Made by a program: the position numbers and the translations under genes. A DNA stretch of 64,000 nucleotides, from assembly GCF_018350175.1 (NCBI RefSeq), contig NC_058368.1, positions 140,432,001 through 140,496,000 of the forward strand. The letters are read 5' to 3'. The first letter of the stretch is position 1; every line of letters starts with the position of its first letter. This DNA is from Felis catus. Lineage: Eukaryota. Under the pieces are notes generated by a model, which did not search any database, was not told the origin of the DNA, and saw only the letters and a program-made list of their open reading frames with translations. Shown here piece after piece: positions 38,558 through 50,420 of the stretch.

Positions 38558-38750
38558 GGGTCGCCTAGGTGGTTCAGTTTGTTGAGTGTCTACTCTTAAT
38601 TTTGGCTCAGGTTATGATGCTAGGGTCATGGGATCAAGCCCCCTATCGGGTTCTGCACTGAGCATGGAGCCCATTTAAGATGCTCTCTCTCCCTCCGCCC
38701 CTCTCCCCCACTTGCACACACTCTGTAAAATAGCATTTCAAAAAATGTAA
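38558..38750 (+). mobile_element. Can-SINE (old) within L1
   Basis: TSD aacattct on both sides. Confidence 0.85.
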
Positions 38751-39889
38751 AACATTCTGGCAGCTACTTAAAAAAATTAAATATGGAATTACCATATGAC
38801 CCAACAATTCCACTACCAGATATATACCAAAGAAACCTGAAAACCTGTGTGCATGCAGAAAGCCTGCACACAAATGGTCATTGAAGTATTACTCATGGGA
38901 GCAAAAAGTGGAAACAACCCAAATGTCCATCTACTGATGAGTAAATGAAATGCGATATATCCCTACCATGAAATACTATTCATCTATAAAAAATGATATT
39001 AGCAAATCACATTCAACAGTGTATAAAAAGTACTGTATAAATCACAACCAAGTGAGATTTATCCCAGGTATGCAAAGCTTGTTTCATATTTGAAAATCAT
39101 TTAATGTGATCTATCACATCAACAGGCTAAGTGAGAAAAATTACATGATATGTCACTGTATCAGTGCAGAAAAGGCACTTAACAAAATCCAAACTTATTC
39201 AAGAAAAAAATTCTTAGTTAACTAGGAATCAAGGGGGGAAACACCCTCAGTTTGAGAAAGACAGTGAACAAAAAACATGATAAAAGCAAACATCATATTT
39301 AATGGTGAGAAATTCCAAGCTTTCCCATTAAGATACAAGGCAAAGACCTTCCTTCTCACCACTCCTTTTTCAACTTTGAACTGGAAGTTCTAGTTAATAT
39401 AATTAAAAAAAGAAAATATAGATTGAAAAGGAAGAAACAAAACTGGGTTTATTCATAGATGACATGATTGACTATTTGAAAACTCTAAGAATTTTTTAAA
39501 AATTGGAACTAATAAGCAATTATAGCAAGATACAAGATTATATGTAAAAGTCTATTGCTTTCCTATATGTCAGCAATGAACAAGTGGAATTTGAAATTAA
39601 GAACACAGTTCCATTTACATTAGCACTCAAATGAATTATTTAGGTATAAATTTAATAAAATATGCACAATCTATATGAGGAAAACTATAAAACTTTGATG
39701 AACTAGAAGAAAGAACTAAATAAGTGGATAGATATTCCATATTCATGGATAGGAAAGACAGTATTGCTAAAATGTCACTTTTTCCCAACTTGATCTGTAG
39801 ATTCAATGCAATGTCAGTCAAAATCTCAAGTTATTTTTTGCATATTGACAACCCGATTCTAAAGTTTATACTGAGAAGCCAAAGACCTA

Positions 39890-40134
39890 GGGGCACCTGG
39901 GTGGCTCAATTGGTTAAGCATCTGACTTTGGCTCAGGTCATGATCTCATGGCTCATGAGTTTGAGCCCTGCATTGGGCTCTGTGCTGACAGTTCAGAGCC
40001 TGGAGCCTGCTTCAGATTCTGTGCCCCTCTCTTGCTCTGTCCCTTCCCCACTTGGGTTCATTCTCTCTCTCTCCCTTCCTCCCTTCCTCTCTCTCTCTCA
40101 TAAATAAGCATTAAAAAATGTTTTAAAAAAAGAA
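39890..40134 (+). mobile_element. Can-SINE within L1
   Basis: TSD aaagaccta(g). Confidence 0.92.
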
Positions 40135-40527
40135 AAAGACCTAGAATTGCCAACACAATATTGAAGGAGAACAAAGTTGGACTGACACTACCAGACTTCA
40201 AATTTAATACAAAGTTGCAGTGATCAAGAGAGTGGCATTGGTGAAACATTAGGCACATAGATCAGTGAAAGAGAATAGAGAACCCAGAAATACACCCTAA
40301 AAGTATAGTTAATTGACCTTTGACAAAGGAGCAAACCAATACAATGGAGCAAAGATGGCCTTTTCACCAAATGGTGCTGAAACTGAACATGTAAAAAGTG
40401 AATCTAGACCTTACACATAGTACTCGTCACAAAGTATACCATTATACCCTTCACAAAAAAATACCTCAAATGGATCACACCTACCAATAAAAAGAAAAAC
40501 TGTGAAACTTTTAAAAGATAACAAAGG

Positions 40528-40719
40528 GGAGGGTGTGCTTGGGTGGTTCAGTCATTTAAGTGTCAGACTCTTGATTTCGGCTTAGGTCATGATTTCCCAA
40601 TCAGTGGGATCAAATCCCACATCAGGCTCTGTGCTGACAGTGCAAAGCCTGCTTGGGATTCTCTGTCACTCTCTTTCTGCCTTTGTCTCTCTCTCTTTCT
40701 CTTCAAATAAACATTAAAA
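40528..40719 (+). mobile_element. Can-SINE (old) within L1
   Basis: TSD aaaagataacaaagg at 40513-40527 and 40720-40734. Confidence 0.9.
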
Positions 40720-41814
40720 AAAAGATAACAAAGGAGAAAACTTAGATGAAATTCAGTATAGCAGTGACTTTTAAGATAGAGCACCAATGGCATGAAAGAA
40801 AAAAAGTGAGTAAGCTGGATTTCATTAAAATTAAAACTTTCTGCTTCACAAAAGACAGTGTCAAGAGGATGAGAAGACAGTCCACAGGCTAGTATAAAAT
40901 ATTGGTAAAAGACCTGTCTGATACAGAACTGCTATATAAGATATTTAAAAACTCTTAAAACTTCAACAATAAGAAAACAACTAGGTTAAAGAATAGGCCA
41001 AAAACCTTAACAGACACATCTCTGAAGAAGATACACAGATGGCAAATAAGCATAGGAAAAGATTCTCCACGTCATGTGTCATCAAGGAAGTGCAAAATAA
41101 AATAAGATACCACTGTACAATTATCAGAGTGGTCAAAATATGAAACACTGGCAACACCAAATGCTGTGAGGGTTTGGAGCAACCGGAACTCTCATTGCTC
41201 ATGGAAATGCAAAGTGGTATATAGTCACTTGCAGTTTGTTAAAAAACCAAGCATACTCTTATCATGCTTTCCAGCAGTTGTGCTCTTATTATTGAACTGA
41301 TGGAGTGAAGTCCACACAAAAAACTTGTGTATGGATGTCAAAAGACTTTTTTAATAATAGGCAAAAGTTGGATGTGACCGTGATGTCCTTCAGTAGGTGA
41401 ATGAATAAATACCCTGTGGCATATCCAGACAGTGGAATATTATTCTTTGCTAAAAAAAAAATGAGCTATCAAGCCATGAAAAGAGGTACAGGAACCTTAA
41501 ATGCATACAGCAAAGAAAAGCCAATCTGAAAAGGCTACATCCTATACGATTCCAACTATGACTTTCTAGCAAAGGCAAAACTATGGAGACAGTAAAAATA
41601 TCAGCAGTTGGGAACGGAGGATGAATAGATAGAGCACAGAGAGTTTTTAGTGTAGTGAAAATACTCTGTATGACACCACAGTGATAAATGTCATTATACA
41701 TTTGTCCAAAACCAACAGTGAACCATTATGTAAACTGTGGAATTTGGATGATTATGATAGGTTCATCAGTTATAGCAAATGTAGGTTCGTGTAGGCTAAT
41801 CAATTATAACTAAT

Positions 41815-41916
41815 GTTCTGGCTCAGTTGGCTGAGTGTGCAACTCTTAATCTTGGGGTTGTAAGTTGGAGTCCCATGTTGGGTGAAGAGATTACTAAAAA
41901 GAAAACCTTTCAAAAA
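41815..41916 (+). mobile_element. Short tRNA-derived carnivore SINE lacking (CT)n (SINEC_old-like)
   Basis: ggctcagttggctgagtgtgcaactcttaatcttggggttgtaagttggagtcccatgttgggtgaagagattactaaaaa. Confidence 0.7.
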
Positions 41917-42589
41917 AGTGAATTAATATACTGATACAGACTTCAACCTGAGTGGACGCTGAAAATATACTGAGGGAAGGAAGGCAGACACAAAAAGCCA
42001 CTTATTATATAATTCCATATATATGAAGTGTCCAGAAAAGGCCAGTCCGTGGAGACAGATGGTAGACCATTGGCTGCCTAGGCCTGGGAGAATAGAGGGG
42101 ATGGAGAGTGACTGATTATTGTATAGTTATTGTAGGAACAAAAGTGTTCTAAAATTGATTGTGGCGATGGTTGCATAACTCTGTACTGAAAATCACTCAA
42201 TTGCAGACTTTAAAAGGGTAAACGTATGGTATATAAACTGTACCTTATTAAAGCCGTTACAAAGAAAAGTTCCTTTGACCAGACCAACTTGGAGAAGTGC
42301 TTAGTAAACCTGTTACATAAGATTAAGCGGTATTCAGTAGACAAAATGAGCATAGAATGTATGCCTAAGATACATGGGTTCTAAACACTGTTGATTTTAT
42401 AGTTTCTTGAGCACCCACCATGCTTAAACTGGTGCGGTAGGGTCACTTTGGGGGATGGAGATCAGGCAACTAATAATGTGCTCAAAGAAACTGTTCAGTT
42501 AATGCTTTTACTCATGAGTTTAAAATTCTGTCCTTCACTTACATTTGCTCTTTTGATCTCTCTGTATGTGTGTGCGGGAGTATCTCCCT

Positions 42590-43130
42590 GTTTCCAGCTC
42601 ATCATTCTCCTAAATATCTCTTCTATGTTCACCTCTCTATCCCACCACGAACCTCCTGAAGCCTTCTGACTTCTCTTGCTAGATTACTGCAGTGCTCTCT
42701 GACTGGTTTCCTCAACCCTCTTGCCCCTTTAATCCTTTATCATCTGTATCATAGTCAAATGAATTTCTTCAAAACTCTCATCTGTTCTGGCCAACCCCAT
42801 TGAAAACCACTCAGTGTTACCGCAATTCTCATAGAATAAAGACCAGACTCTTACAAGGCCTCATGAGCTTTGTATGGTCCAGTTCTTACAGCTGCTCCAG
42901 TTTCATATTGTGCCCCCTTCCTTATTGCTCTTTTTCCAGCCACATTGACCCCTTTTCCATAGGACCTCTGCGTGTGCTATTCCCTTCTCCTGTGTATCTA
43001 TTCAGGCTCTACTGTCTTTAGATTTTAACTCCCTTTTTCAGGGAGTCCTTCTTTGGCATGGCCCATCTAGGCCAACTACCCCTATTATAACATGACATCA
43101 TATCTGTCACATAGTTGAATGAATTACTTA
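42590..43130 (+). mobile_element. L2 LINE remnant
   Basis: agattactgcagtgctctctgactggtttcc…ctcatagaataaagaccagactctt…gttgaatgaat. Confidence 0.6.
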
Positions 43131-43663
43131 ATGCTGGTATTGGCCTACTAACATTTGTTCACTAATGACGATTCGTTGTACTGTTTTCTGTGTGTTTTAG
43201 TTTGCCTGGAGGTAGGGTGTGAATTAGATTCGTGGTGGACAAGATTCTACATGGTGTGCCAGGACTGCCAGCCTAGAGTAAAATTTAGTCTTTGTCTCTG
43301 GAAAATTCTATGTTGTAGTTAGATGGTACAAGTTCTTCCTGCCATTTATGTGACCCAGTGGGTTATAAAGCTGGGAACCCGAGACAGTTTGATACCACAG
43401 GGAAGTAGAAGTGACCCAGAGAACGGCATAGAGTATTTTTCAGTGGATGAATAAATGACTGAATGAACGAAGAGAGGAAGAGATAACCTGTATTATTAAG
43501 ACGACTTGTGGTTGAAATTATTGCTCATAGCTGATAAAATTATGACATCTGGGCATATGGACTTACTAATTAAGTCTCAAAATACTAATATTAATGACCA
43601 GGGAAAATATGAAAGGCATGTTTTTAAGACCAAAAAAGATAGTTGCTTTATAAAGTGGCTCTT

Positions 43664-43877
43664 GGGGCGCCTGGGTGGCTCAGTCGGTTAAGCGTCCGAC
43701 TTCGGCTCAGGTCATGATCTCACGGTCCGTGAGTTCGAGCCCCGCGTCGGGCTCTGTGCTGACCGCTCAGAGCCTGGAGCCTGTTTCAGATTCTGTGTCT
43801 CCCTCTCTCTCTGCCCTTCCCCTGTTCATGCTCTGTCTCAAAAATAAATAAACGTTAAAAAAAAATTAAAAAAAAAA
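43664..43877 (+). mobile_element. Young Can-SINE
   Basis: TSD ataaagtggctctt at 43650-43663 and 43878-43891; CpGs intact. Confidence 0.95.
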
Positions 43878-43974
43878 ATAAAGTGGCTCTTGACCCTGTG
43901 TTTATCCACAGGCTAACAGGTTTACATGACGTCACAAAGAGCCAATCATAATTCTGTTGGGAGTGCACATAACT

Positions 43975-44452
43975 ATGTGTACTAGTTATCCATGACTGTG
44001 TAATTAATTAGTCTAAAACTTAGCAGCTTAAAACAAAGAACATTTATCTCACAGCTTTTCAAAGTCAGGAATCTGATTCTAGTTTAACTGAGTCCTGTGG
44101 CATTCAGTCTGTCATAAAGCTTCAGTCCTCCTAGGGTCCAAGCAGAACAGATCTTCCAAGCTCGGTCGTGGTGTTGGCAGGATTCAGTTCCTGACGGACG
44201 TTTGGACTGAGGACCCCATTCCCTCGTTGCTGTTGGCCACAGGCTTCCCTCAGCTCCTTAACATATGGGCCTCTCTGTGGGCAGCTCCCAATATGGGAGC
44301 TGGCTTTCCTCAGTGAGCAAACAAGAAGGGGCCAGTAAGTTGGAAGCCAGAGCCCTTTTGCAACCCATTCTCAGAAGTGCTGTCCCATAGTTTGCTGTAT
44401 TCCAGTCATTAGAATCAAGTTAGTAAATCCAGCATGTGTTTCAAGGGGAGGA

Positions 44453-44454
<2 letters not shown>
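43975..44454 (-). mobile_element. MaLR LTR (MLT1)
   Basis: aaaacttagcagcttaaaacaa…catttatctcacag…gttggcaggattcagttcct…ctcagctccttaacatatgggcctc…tcaaggggagg. Confidence 0.8.

Positions 44455-44512
<58 letters not shown>
44455..44512. repeat. (AT)29 microsatellite
   Basis: 58-bp perfect AT dinucleotide run. Confidence 0.97.
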
Positions 44513-44514
<2 letters not shown>

Positions 44515-44644
44515 TTTTGCAATTGACCCCAGAAAAGAGGGCAGGATCCTCTTTATTAATGTCAGAGACCAGATCAGAAATTGGATAGTGTCTTGGTGTA
44601 AATGATTATGGTATTAAGGTTATTTATGCCTGGATAGTTTAAAA

Positions 44645-44790
44645 AGATTTTTTTTTTTTGAAATGTATTTATTTGAGAGGGAGAGACTGTGTGTGCATGT
44701 GCACAAGGGAAGGGCAGAGAGAGAGGAGAGAGAAACCCAAGCAGGTTCTATGCTGTCAGACGTTTCACTGAATGAGCTACCAGGTGCCCC
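44645..44790 (-). mobile_element. Can-SINE with internal deletion
   Basis: Tail and (GA)n present; gctgtcag joins directly to acgtttcactgaatgagctaccaggtgcccc. Confidence 0.85.
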
Positions 44791-46074
44791 TATAATCTTG
44801 AATTGTGAACTCTTTGGGACTAAGCTTTTCATTCCTCTGCCATTTTAAATAATACTAAATGGACTTTTAAGTTTTCTTTTCAGGGGGGCCCGGGAGACTG
44901 TCTTGATCATTTCTTTGCTGTAGGGATTTTGCTGAAATAAGACCGCTCAGACAAGTCTGCTACTCCTATGGGCTTTGAAAGTTTCTCTCTGATGCCAGAA
45001 ATCCCACCCTTTAAATTAAAGGAGTTAATTTCCTAAAAAAGAATTTCTCCTGCTCAGTAGATTTCATATTAACTTCTGCAAAATATCTTTGAATAATGAA
45101 AATAATTCCCTTTTAAGAACTTCATTTCTTTAGTTTTGTAGGGCAACTGTGAAAAAAATCTAAGATGGAGAGTTCTCTTTGGGAAAGTCTGGATCGAGGA
45201 AGGGAAATCAGACTAGAGCTCTCAGGAAGAGAGGGAATGGGAGGGGGCATGTTGGCAAGAGAAGGAGAGGGAATTTGCAAATTATAGTTGAGCAAATAGT
45301 TATGAATGGGGCTGCTGTTGTATGTTTCCCAAGGAAGTTCCTGATATATTTCTTTTTTAAGGAAGGGGAAAACACTACAAATCTGGCATGCTTACTTTTT
45401 CTGTCCTACCTCGGAAAGTAAACAGAGCAAAAAAGCCTTCCCTTGGTGATGGGCTTGTTTAGAAATATTATCTTCAAAGAGCTCTTTATGTGAGCCAAGC
45501 TGTTCTTTGTATTAGTGACTCCGAGGCAGTTTCATATGTGTCCTGGAAAAGAAACAAAAACACGGTGTGATTCCTTTTGTGTCAGTGCTTACAACTCAGA
45601 CACCAAAAAGACAGCTCATTGATTAGATCAGGTTCTGGCCTTACCTAGTAGAGAGGTAGAGAATCATACTTGAAAGGAGAAATGCTTCAAATGTTTAAGC
45701 AAGTGAGGGCCATGAATATGGGTTTGCTTAACCCTGAATATTTGTGATTTCTTTAAGAAAAAGAATCTTATGACTGGGGAGTGCTTTAGAGAATCCATTG
45801 GATTTCTTCTACAGGCTTGGACCTCACTGTCTGTTTTCCTAAAGATGCTGCCTATGGCTTGCTCATAAGCGATGCTAATAGAAACTAGGAATCTGGAAGG
45901 AAATATCTTCCTTGGTCATCAACCCATTAAGGGACATGTTGTTGCTCTCTACAAAATGTTAATCAAATATTAAGGAATTCTTAATTGCATTTTCAAAACA
46001 TAAATAGTTTTTATTCTTCTATGGCGATTCTGCATTTCCCCCTTCCTCCTTGTTCTCTCCCTGGCTCTGATCAC

Positions 46075-47030
46075 CCCTCTGTGTCCCAGGGAACAAGAAA
46101 GTGTGGGGTCGCTCCATGCAGTGGCTGACAGGCTGGTGGGGCAACGGGCCCAGCTGAGTCGAGAGCGGGGACCCTTTTCAGGGTCTGGCTCCTGGGTAAG
46201 GGGAGGGCCTGCCTTCCAGGAGTGCCCTGTTTGGATTTGCTTACCAGTCAGCTTGCTTTGAGAGCCATATGCCACAGGTCGAGGACCTTTTTGACATCCT
46301 GGGGCTTGCCCCCCTAAGGTACGTATCCACGGTAGGGAGACAGAGTCACCTCCGAGGAGAACTAGTCATCAGGGTTAGCCATCAGGGGATAACCACAGAC
46401 AAGAGGATAAGATGAGACATGGTCTTTTTTTTTTTTTTTTTTTTTTTAAACAGAGTACATAACGGGTGGGGGGTGGGGGGAGAGAGAGAGAAAGAGAAAC
46501 AATCTTCAGCAGTCTTCACGCTTAGCACAGAGCCCAGCACAGGACTCGATCCCATGACTCTTAGATCACGACCTGAGAACAGGCTAAAAACAACTGAGCC
46601 ACCCAGGCACCCCAAGAGGTGCTCTTGACGGGGTGTCTCCATGGCAGGCAGCCCAGCCTTCCAGGGCATGCTGCTTGCAGCTAGGTCCTCGGAGGAAATG
46701 TTGATGCTGAGGTCCAGCTGTGTGGTAACCAGGGATGGTTCTGTGGAGCTGCAGTAGAAGGGACGTTTGTTAAGGACATAAAGGGAGAAGCCATATAGTT
46801 TCACAGGGAACTATATTTGAGGGACAAAGGAGGTTGGGAAGTCAGATGCATTGGGGAGGATCCAGGCATCACTAACCTGACTCAGACACACACGTTGTAT
46901 GGTCTTCATCAGGCAAGCCTGGGGTTGGAACACATAGTTGAGAGACTTCTTTAGTTTCACATATTTTGTGTCCTAGCCTTGGGGATGTATTGGGCAGATG
47001 CCAGTCAGGTGTGAGCCCACAAATCAAAGC
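46075..47030. mobile_element. Possible ERV solo LTR (family not identified), interrupted by a SINE
   Basis: GC-richer block with LTR-like text and no recognisable ORF; the assignment is impressionistic. Confidence 0.3.
46425..46613 (-). mobile_element. Can-SINE (old)
   Basis: Poly-T, cacagagcccagcacaggactcgatccc…gagccacccaggcacccc. Confidence 0.88.
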
Positions 47031-47072
47031 TTAACTTTTTAGCATGCCGGTATTTTTAAATACAAATAATCA

Positions 47073-47288
47073 GGGGCGCCTGGATGGCGCAGTCGGTTAA
47101 GCGTCCGACTTCAGCCAGGTCACGATCTCACGGTCCATGAGTTCGAGCCCCGCGTCAGGCTCTGGGCTGATGGCTCAGAGCCTGGAGCCTGTTTCCGATT
47201 CTGTGTCTCCCTCTCTCTCTGCCCCTCCCCCGTTCATGCTCTGTCTCTCTCTGTCCCAAAAAATAAATAAAAACGTTGGAAAAAAAAA
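47073..47288 (+). mobile_element. Young SINEC_Fc
   Basis: TSD tttaaatacaaataatca at 47055-47072 and 47289-47306. Confidence 0.95.
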
Positions 47289-47663
47289 TTTAAATACAAA
47301 TAATCAATATTAATCCTCTCTAGCCAAAGAGAAATTGAGCAACTGATATTTGATCCCAAAGTTTATATTAGTCTTTCAAGCTCTTTGAAGTTGGAGAGCT
47401 GGGAGAGGTTAGGAATTTTCCATGATCTCAAACATACTTTACTCCAAGGGTTACCAAGTGAGTGTCCACTCACCAGACACACGGCCCAAAGCATTCACCT
47501 TACACAGGGTTATTCCCATCTTATAGATGGCGAAAACAAGTCCTGGAGAAACCTAAGGAATTTTTTCAAGGTCACAGCCAACAGACAGATAAATAATAGT
47601 CCAACCCAGCTCCTTCTGATTTCATAGCCAAGTGCGTAAAAACTAACACAGTCTCTTTTCCTT

Positions 47664-48314
47664 CTTTTTTTTTCCTTGTGTTACTTGCTTTTCTTTTCTT
47701 TTTTTTTTTTTCATTTTTATTTTTTAAAATTTACATCCAAATTAGTTAGCATATAGTGCAACAATGATTTCAGGAGTAGATTCCTTAGTGCCCCGTACCC
47801 ATTTAGCCCATCCACCCTCCCACAACCCCTCCAGCAACCCTCAGTTTGTTCTCCATATTTATGAGTCTCTTATGCTTTGTCCCCCTGTTTTTATATTATT
47901 TTTGTGTCCCTTCCCTTATGTTCATCTGTTTTGTCTCTTAAAGTCCTCCTATGTGTGAAGTCATATGATGTTTGTCTTTCTCTGACTAATTTCACTGAGC
48001 ATAATACCCTCCAGTTCCATCCATGTAGTTGCAAATGGCAAGATTTCATTCTTTTTGACTGCTGAGTAATACTCCATTGTATATATATACCACATCTTCT
48101 TTTTCCATTCATCCTTCAATGGACATTTGGGCTCTTTCCATACTTTGGCTATTGTTGATAGTGCAGCTATAAACATGGGGGTGCCTGTGCCCCTTTTATC
48201 CTGTGGATAAATGCCTAGTAGTGCAGTTGCTGGGTCGTAGGGTAGTTCTGTTTTTAGTTTTTTGAGGAACCTCCATACTGTTTTCCAGAGTGGCTGCACC
48301 AGCTTGCATTCCCA
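47664..48314 (-). mobile_element. Felid/carnivore L1 3' end, antisense
   Basis: Minus-strand [18 protein letters not shown]…EILPFATTWMELEGIMLSEISQ is the L1 ORF2 C-terminus. Candidate TSD tcttttcctt at 47654 and 48315. Confidence 0.93.
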
Positions 48315-48351
48315 TCTTTTCCTTATTTCTTAATGTGCTTTAGTCGTGTCA

Positions 48352-48530
48352 TTATTTTTTTTAATTTAAATTCAAGTTAGTTAACATATAGTGTAGTATT
48401 GGTTTCAAGAGTAGAGTTTAGTGATTCATCCCTTGCATATGATACCCAGTGCTCATCCCAGCAAGTGCTCTCCTTAATTTCCATCACCCATTTAGCCCAT
48501 CACCCCACCCACCTCCCCTCCGCAACTCTC
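48352..48530 (-). mobile_element. Short carnivore L1 3'-terminal fragment
   Basis: aaattcaagttagttaacatatagtgtagtattggtttcaagagtag…cacccatttagcccatc. Confidence 0.8.
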
Positions 48531-48733
48531 ATTGGTGGTCCTGGCTTTTAGGTTCTAGATAGACTAGCTTTGTTCTAGGTCTCGATCAGTTTTCACTGCT
48601 TGAGCTTTGGTGGACTTAGCACAATATGACCATCCGTTGTCTTTCTTGATTTTCTTTCCCTTTTTTTTCAATCTTTTCTGTTGCTTACTTGCTTGTTTCT
48701 GTTTTCTTTTGCTTTGTTTTAAAGATTTATTTA

Positions 48734-48943
48734 CTTAAAAATTTTTTTTTACATTTATTCATTTTTGAGAGACAGAGTGTGAGTGGGGAGGGGCAGAGAG
48801 AGAGGGAGACACAGAATCCGAAGCAGGCTTCGGGCTCTGAGCTGTCAGCACAGAGCCCGACGCAGGGCTCAAACCCACAAACCACGAGATCATGACCTGA
48901 GCTGAAGTCGGACATTCAGCCGACGGAGCCACCCAGGTGCCCC
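48734..48943 (-). mobile_element. Can-SINE inserted in the tail of a second antisense SINE
   Basis: TSD aagatttattta at 48722-48733 and 48944-48955. Confidence 0.92.
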
Positions 48944-49172
48944 AAGATTTATTTATTTTTTTAGAGTGTGAGAGTGAGTGGGAAATGGGCAGAGGGAGGG
49001 AGGGGGAGAGAGAGAGAGAGAGAGAAAGAGAGGGAGGGGAGAGAGAGAATCATAAGCAAGCTCTGTGCATAGCCCAGAGCCTGAACACGGTGCTCCATCC
49101 CACAACCCTGGGATGTGACCTAAGCCAAAAGCAAGAGTCAGACACTCAACTGACTGAGCCACCCAGGCGCCC
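48944..49172 (-). mobile_element. Older Can-SINE (host)
   Basis: (GA)n…gcaagagtcagacactcaactgactgagccacccaggcgccc. Confidence 0.9.
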
Positions 49173-50254
49173 ATGTTTCTGTTTTCTTTTAACTAGTACG
49201 TATAGTAGTTCTGGGAAGAATTTACCTTGTATTCACCCTCCCTTTCTTGTCTCTTGTCTGTCTGTTTTCTAGTAGCCTTCTTGAAGTTTTAGTAGGAATT
49301 TGCACTTTTCAGTGATGTAGACTTTATTTCCTTTTGGTGCATCTGTGTTCTTGGTTGGATCTGGATTCTACATTCAATCTATCAATTGCCTTTTGGGTTC
49401 TGCCACAACTAAAACTGGCTTGAAAGAATGCTGTGCCTTGTGGTTGAAACATCAAAAGGGTACAAATAGCAAATACCGCTGAGGTCTCTTCCTTCCTGGA
49501 GGAACCTCCCCACCAGATGCTGCCTCATGCTGTGATGCTTATAATTCATAAAACAGTGTCATTATTTGAGGCCTTAGGGGAATTCTAAGGAGGGCTGGTG
49601 GGGGAAAACAATTGTAGAAAGTTCTACAGTGATTTTTTCCATATCTGTCATTTGTAGAATGTAGAATAGTCTGCCATTGCTTTTTTTGGTCTGAACAGTT
49701 TTGTTATCCTCTAGCCGAGTGCAAATCTCCATATGTATATGGGGACATTGAGTGTCAGAGAATTTCATCAATTCACCAACCCATGATGGAGTTACTGGGA
49801 GATTTGGGATTAGGATAAAGTCTTCTGGCTGTTTGACGACTGCTCTTTTGTCCCATGATTCCAAGTCCTGTTGATTAGAAAAAGCATTAGTAGAAGGCTC
49901 AATGGTGAAAATACACAATAATAAATATATTTAATTTAGGCTGTTTAATAAATTCAGTTCGGGTTCTCTCTTAGCTATGTACTGAATTCATAGCATACTT
50001 TTTTGTCATTTATCTTATATTTTTCCTGTGAAACTTGAACCTGCTTAGGTGCTAGAATAGGAATTCACGAATTGAGTTCTAGTTATTTCCATACTCTCCT
50101 CATTTAGTCTCGATTGGCTCAGATGGTCCTTGAGTTTTTTTCTTTTCAAATAATATATAATACAGAAGTTCCTTGCTCAAGGATTTCACAGGGCAAAAGC
50201 TGAGGCAGCTACATCATCTAAGTGAGAAAGTGACTTTGGACAGTGAAGCTCAGA

Positions 50255-50420
50255 TTCAGTTACCTACTGCATCGGGATCACAGGGGCACTTGTGCAAATA
50301 CAGGCTTCTCAGGTTCACTCCAGACCCTAAAAGTCCATCTCTAGGAAGTGGAGCTCTGGCGTCTGCATTTTAACAAATGGCTCAGGTAAATGTTTATGCT
50401 CAGTGAAGTTTGAGAATCAC
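50255..50420. mobile_element. MER5-type hAT MITE
   Basis: gtctgcattttaacaaatggctcaggtaaatgtttatgctcagtgaagtttgagaatcact. Confidence 0.7.

Larger units (their letters stand above)
38996..41815 (+). mobile_element. Inner L1 (L1MC-like), ORF2 RT region to 3'UTR
   Basis: Restarts further upstream in ORF2 (caagtgagatttatcccaggtatgcaa…atagatgacatgatt), ORF peptide RFNA…, and L1MC-type 3'UTR (aatgagctatcaagccatgaaaag…gatgaatagatagagcacagagag…). Confidence 0.8.
37720..42268 (+). mobile_element. Outer old L1 (L1MB-like), internally deleted and split by a nested L1 (segments about 37720-38995 and 41916-42268)
   Basis: ORF2 motifs (aaatgaaatggacaaatacctagaaagac; aaacaacccaaatgtccatc). Breaks after tactattcatctataaaaaatga and resumes tactgatacagac…; 3' end tataaactgtaccttattaaagc. 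Confidence 0.75.

Noticed and set aside
41815..41900. tRNA-like sequence
   Set aside because: A degenerate tRNA-derived SINE head followed by an A-rich tail; no convincing cloverleaf.
47961..48299. 112-aa ORF with a clear protein-like sequence
   Set aside because: It is the C-terminus of L1 ORF2 in a 5'-truncated, internally deleted copy, not a host gene.
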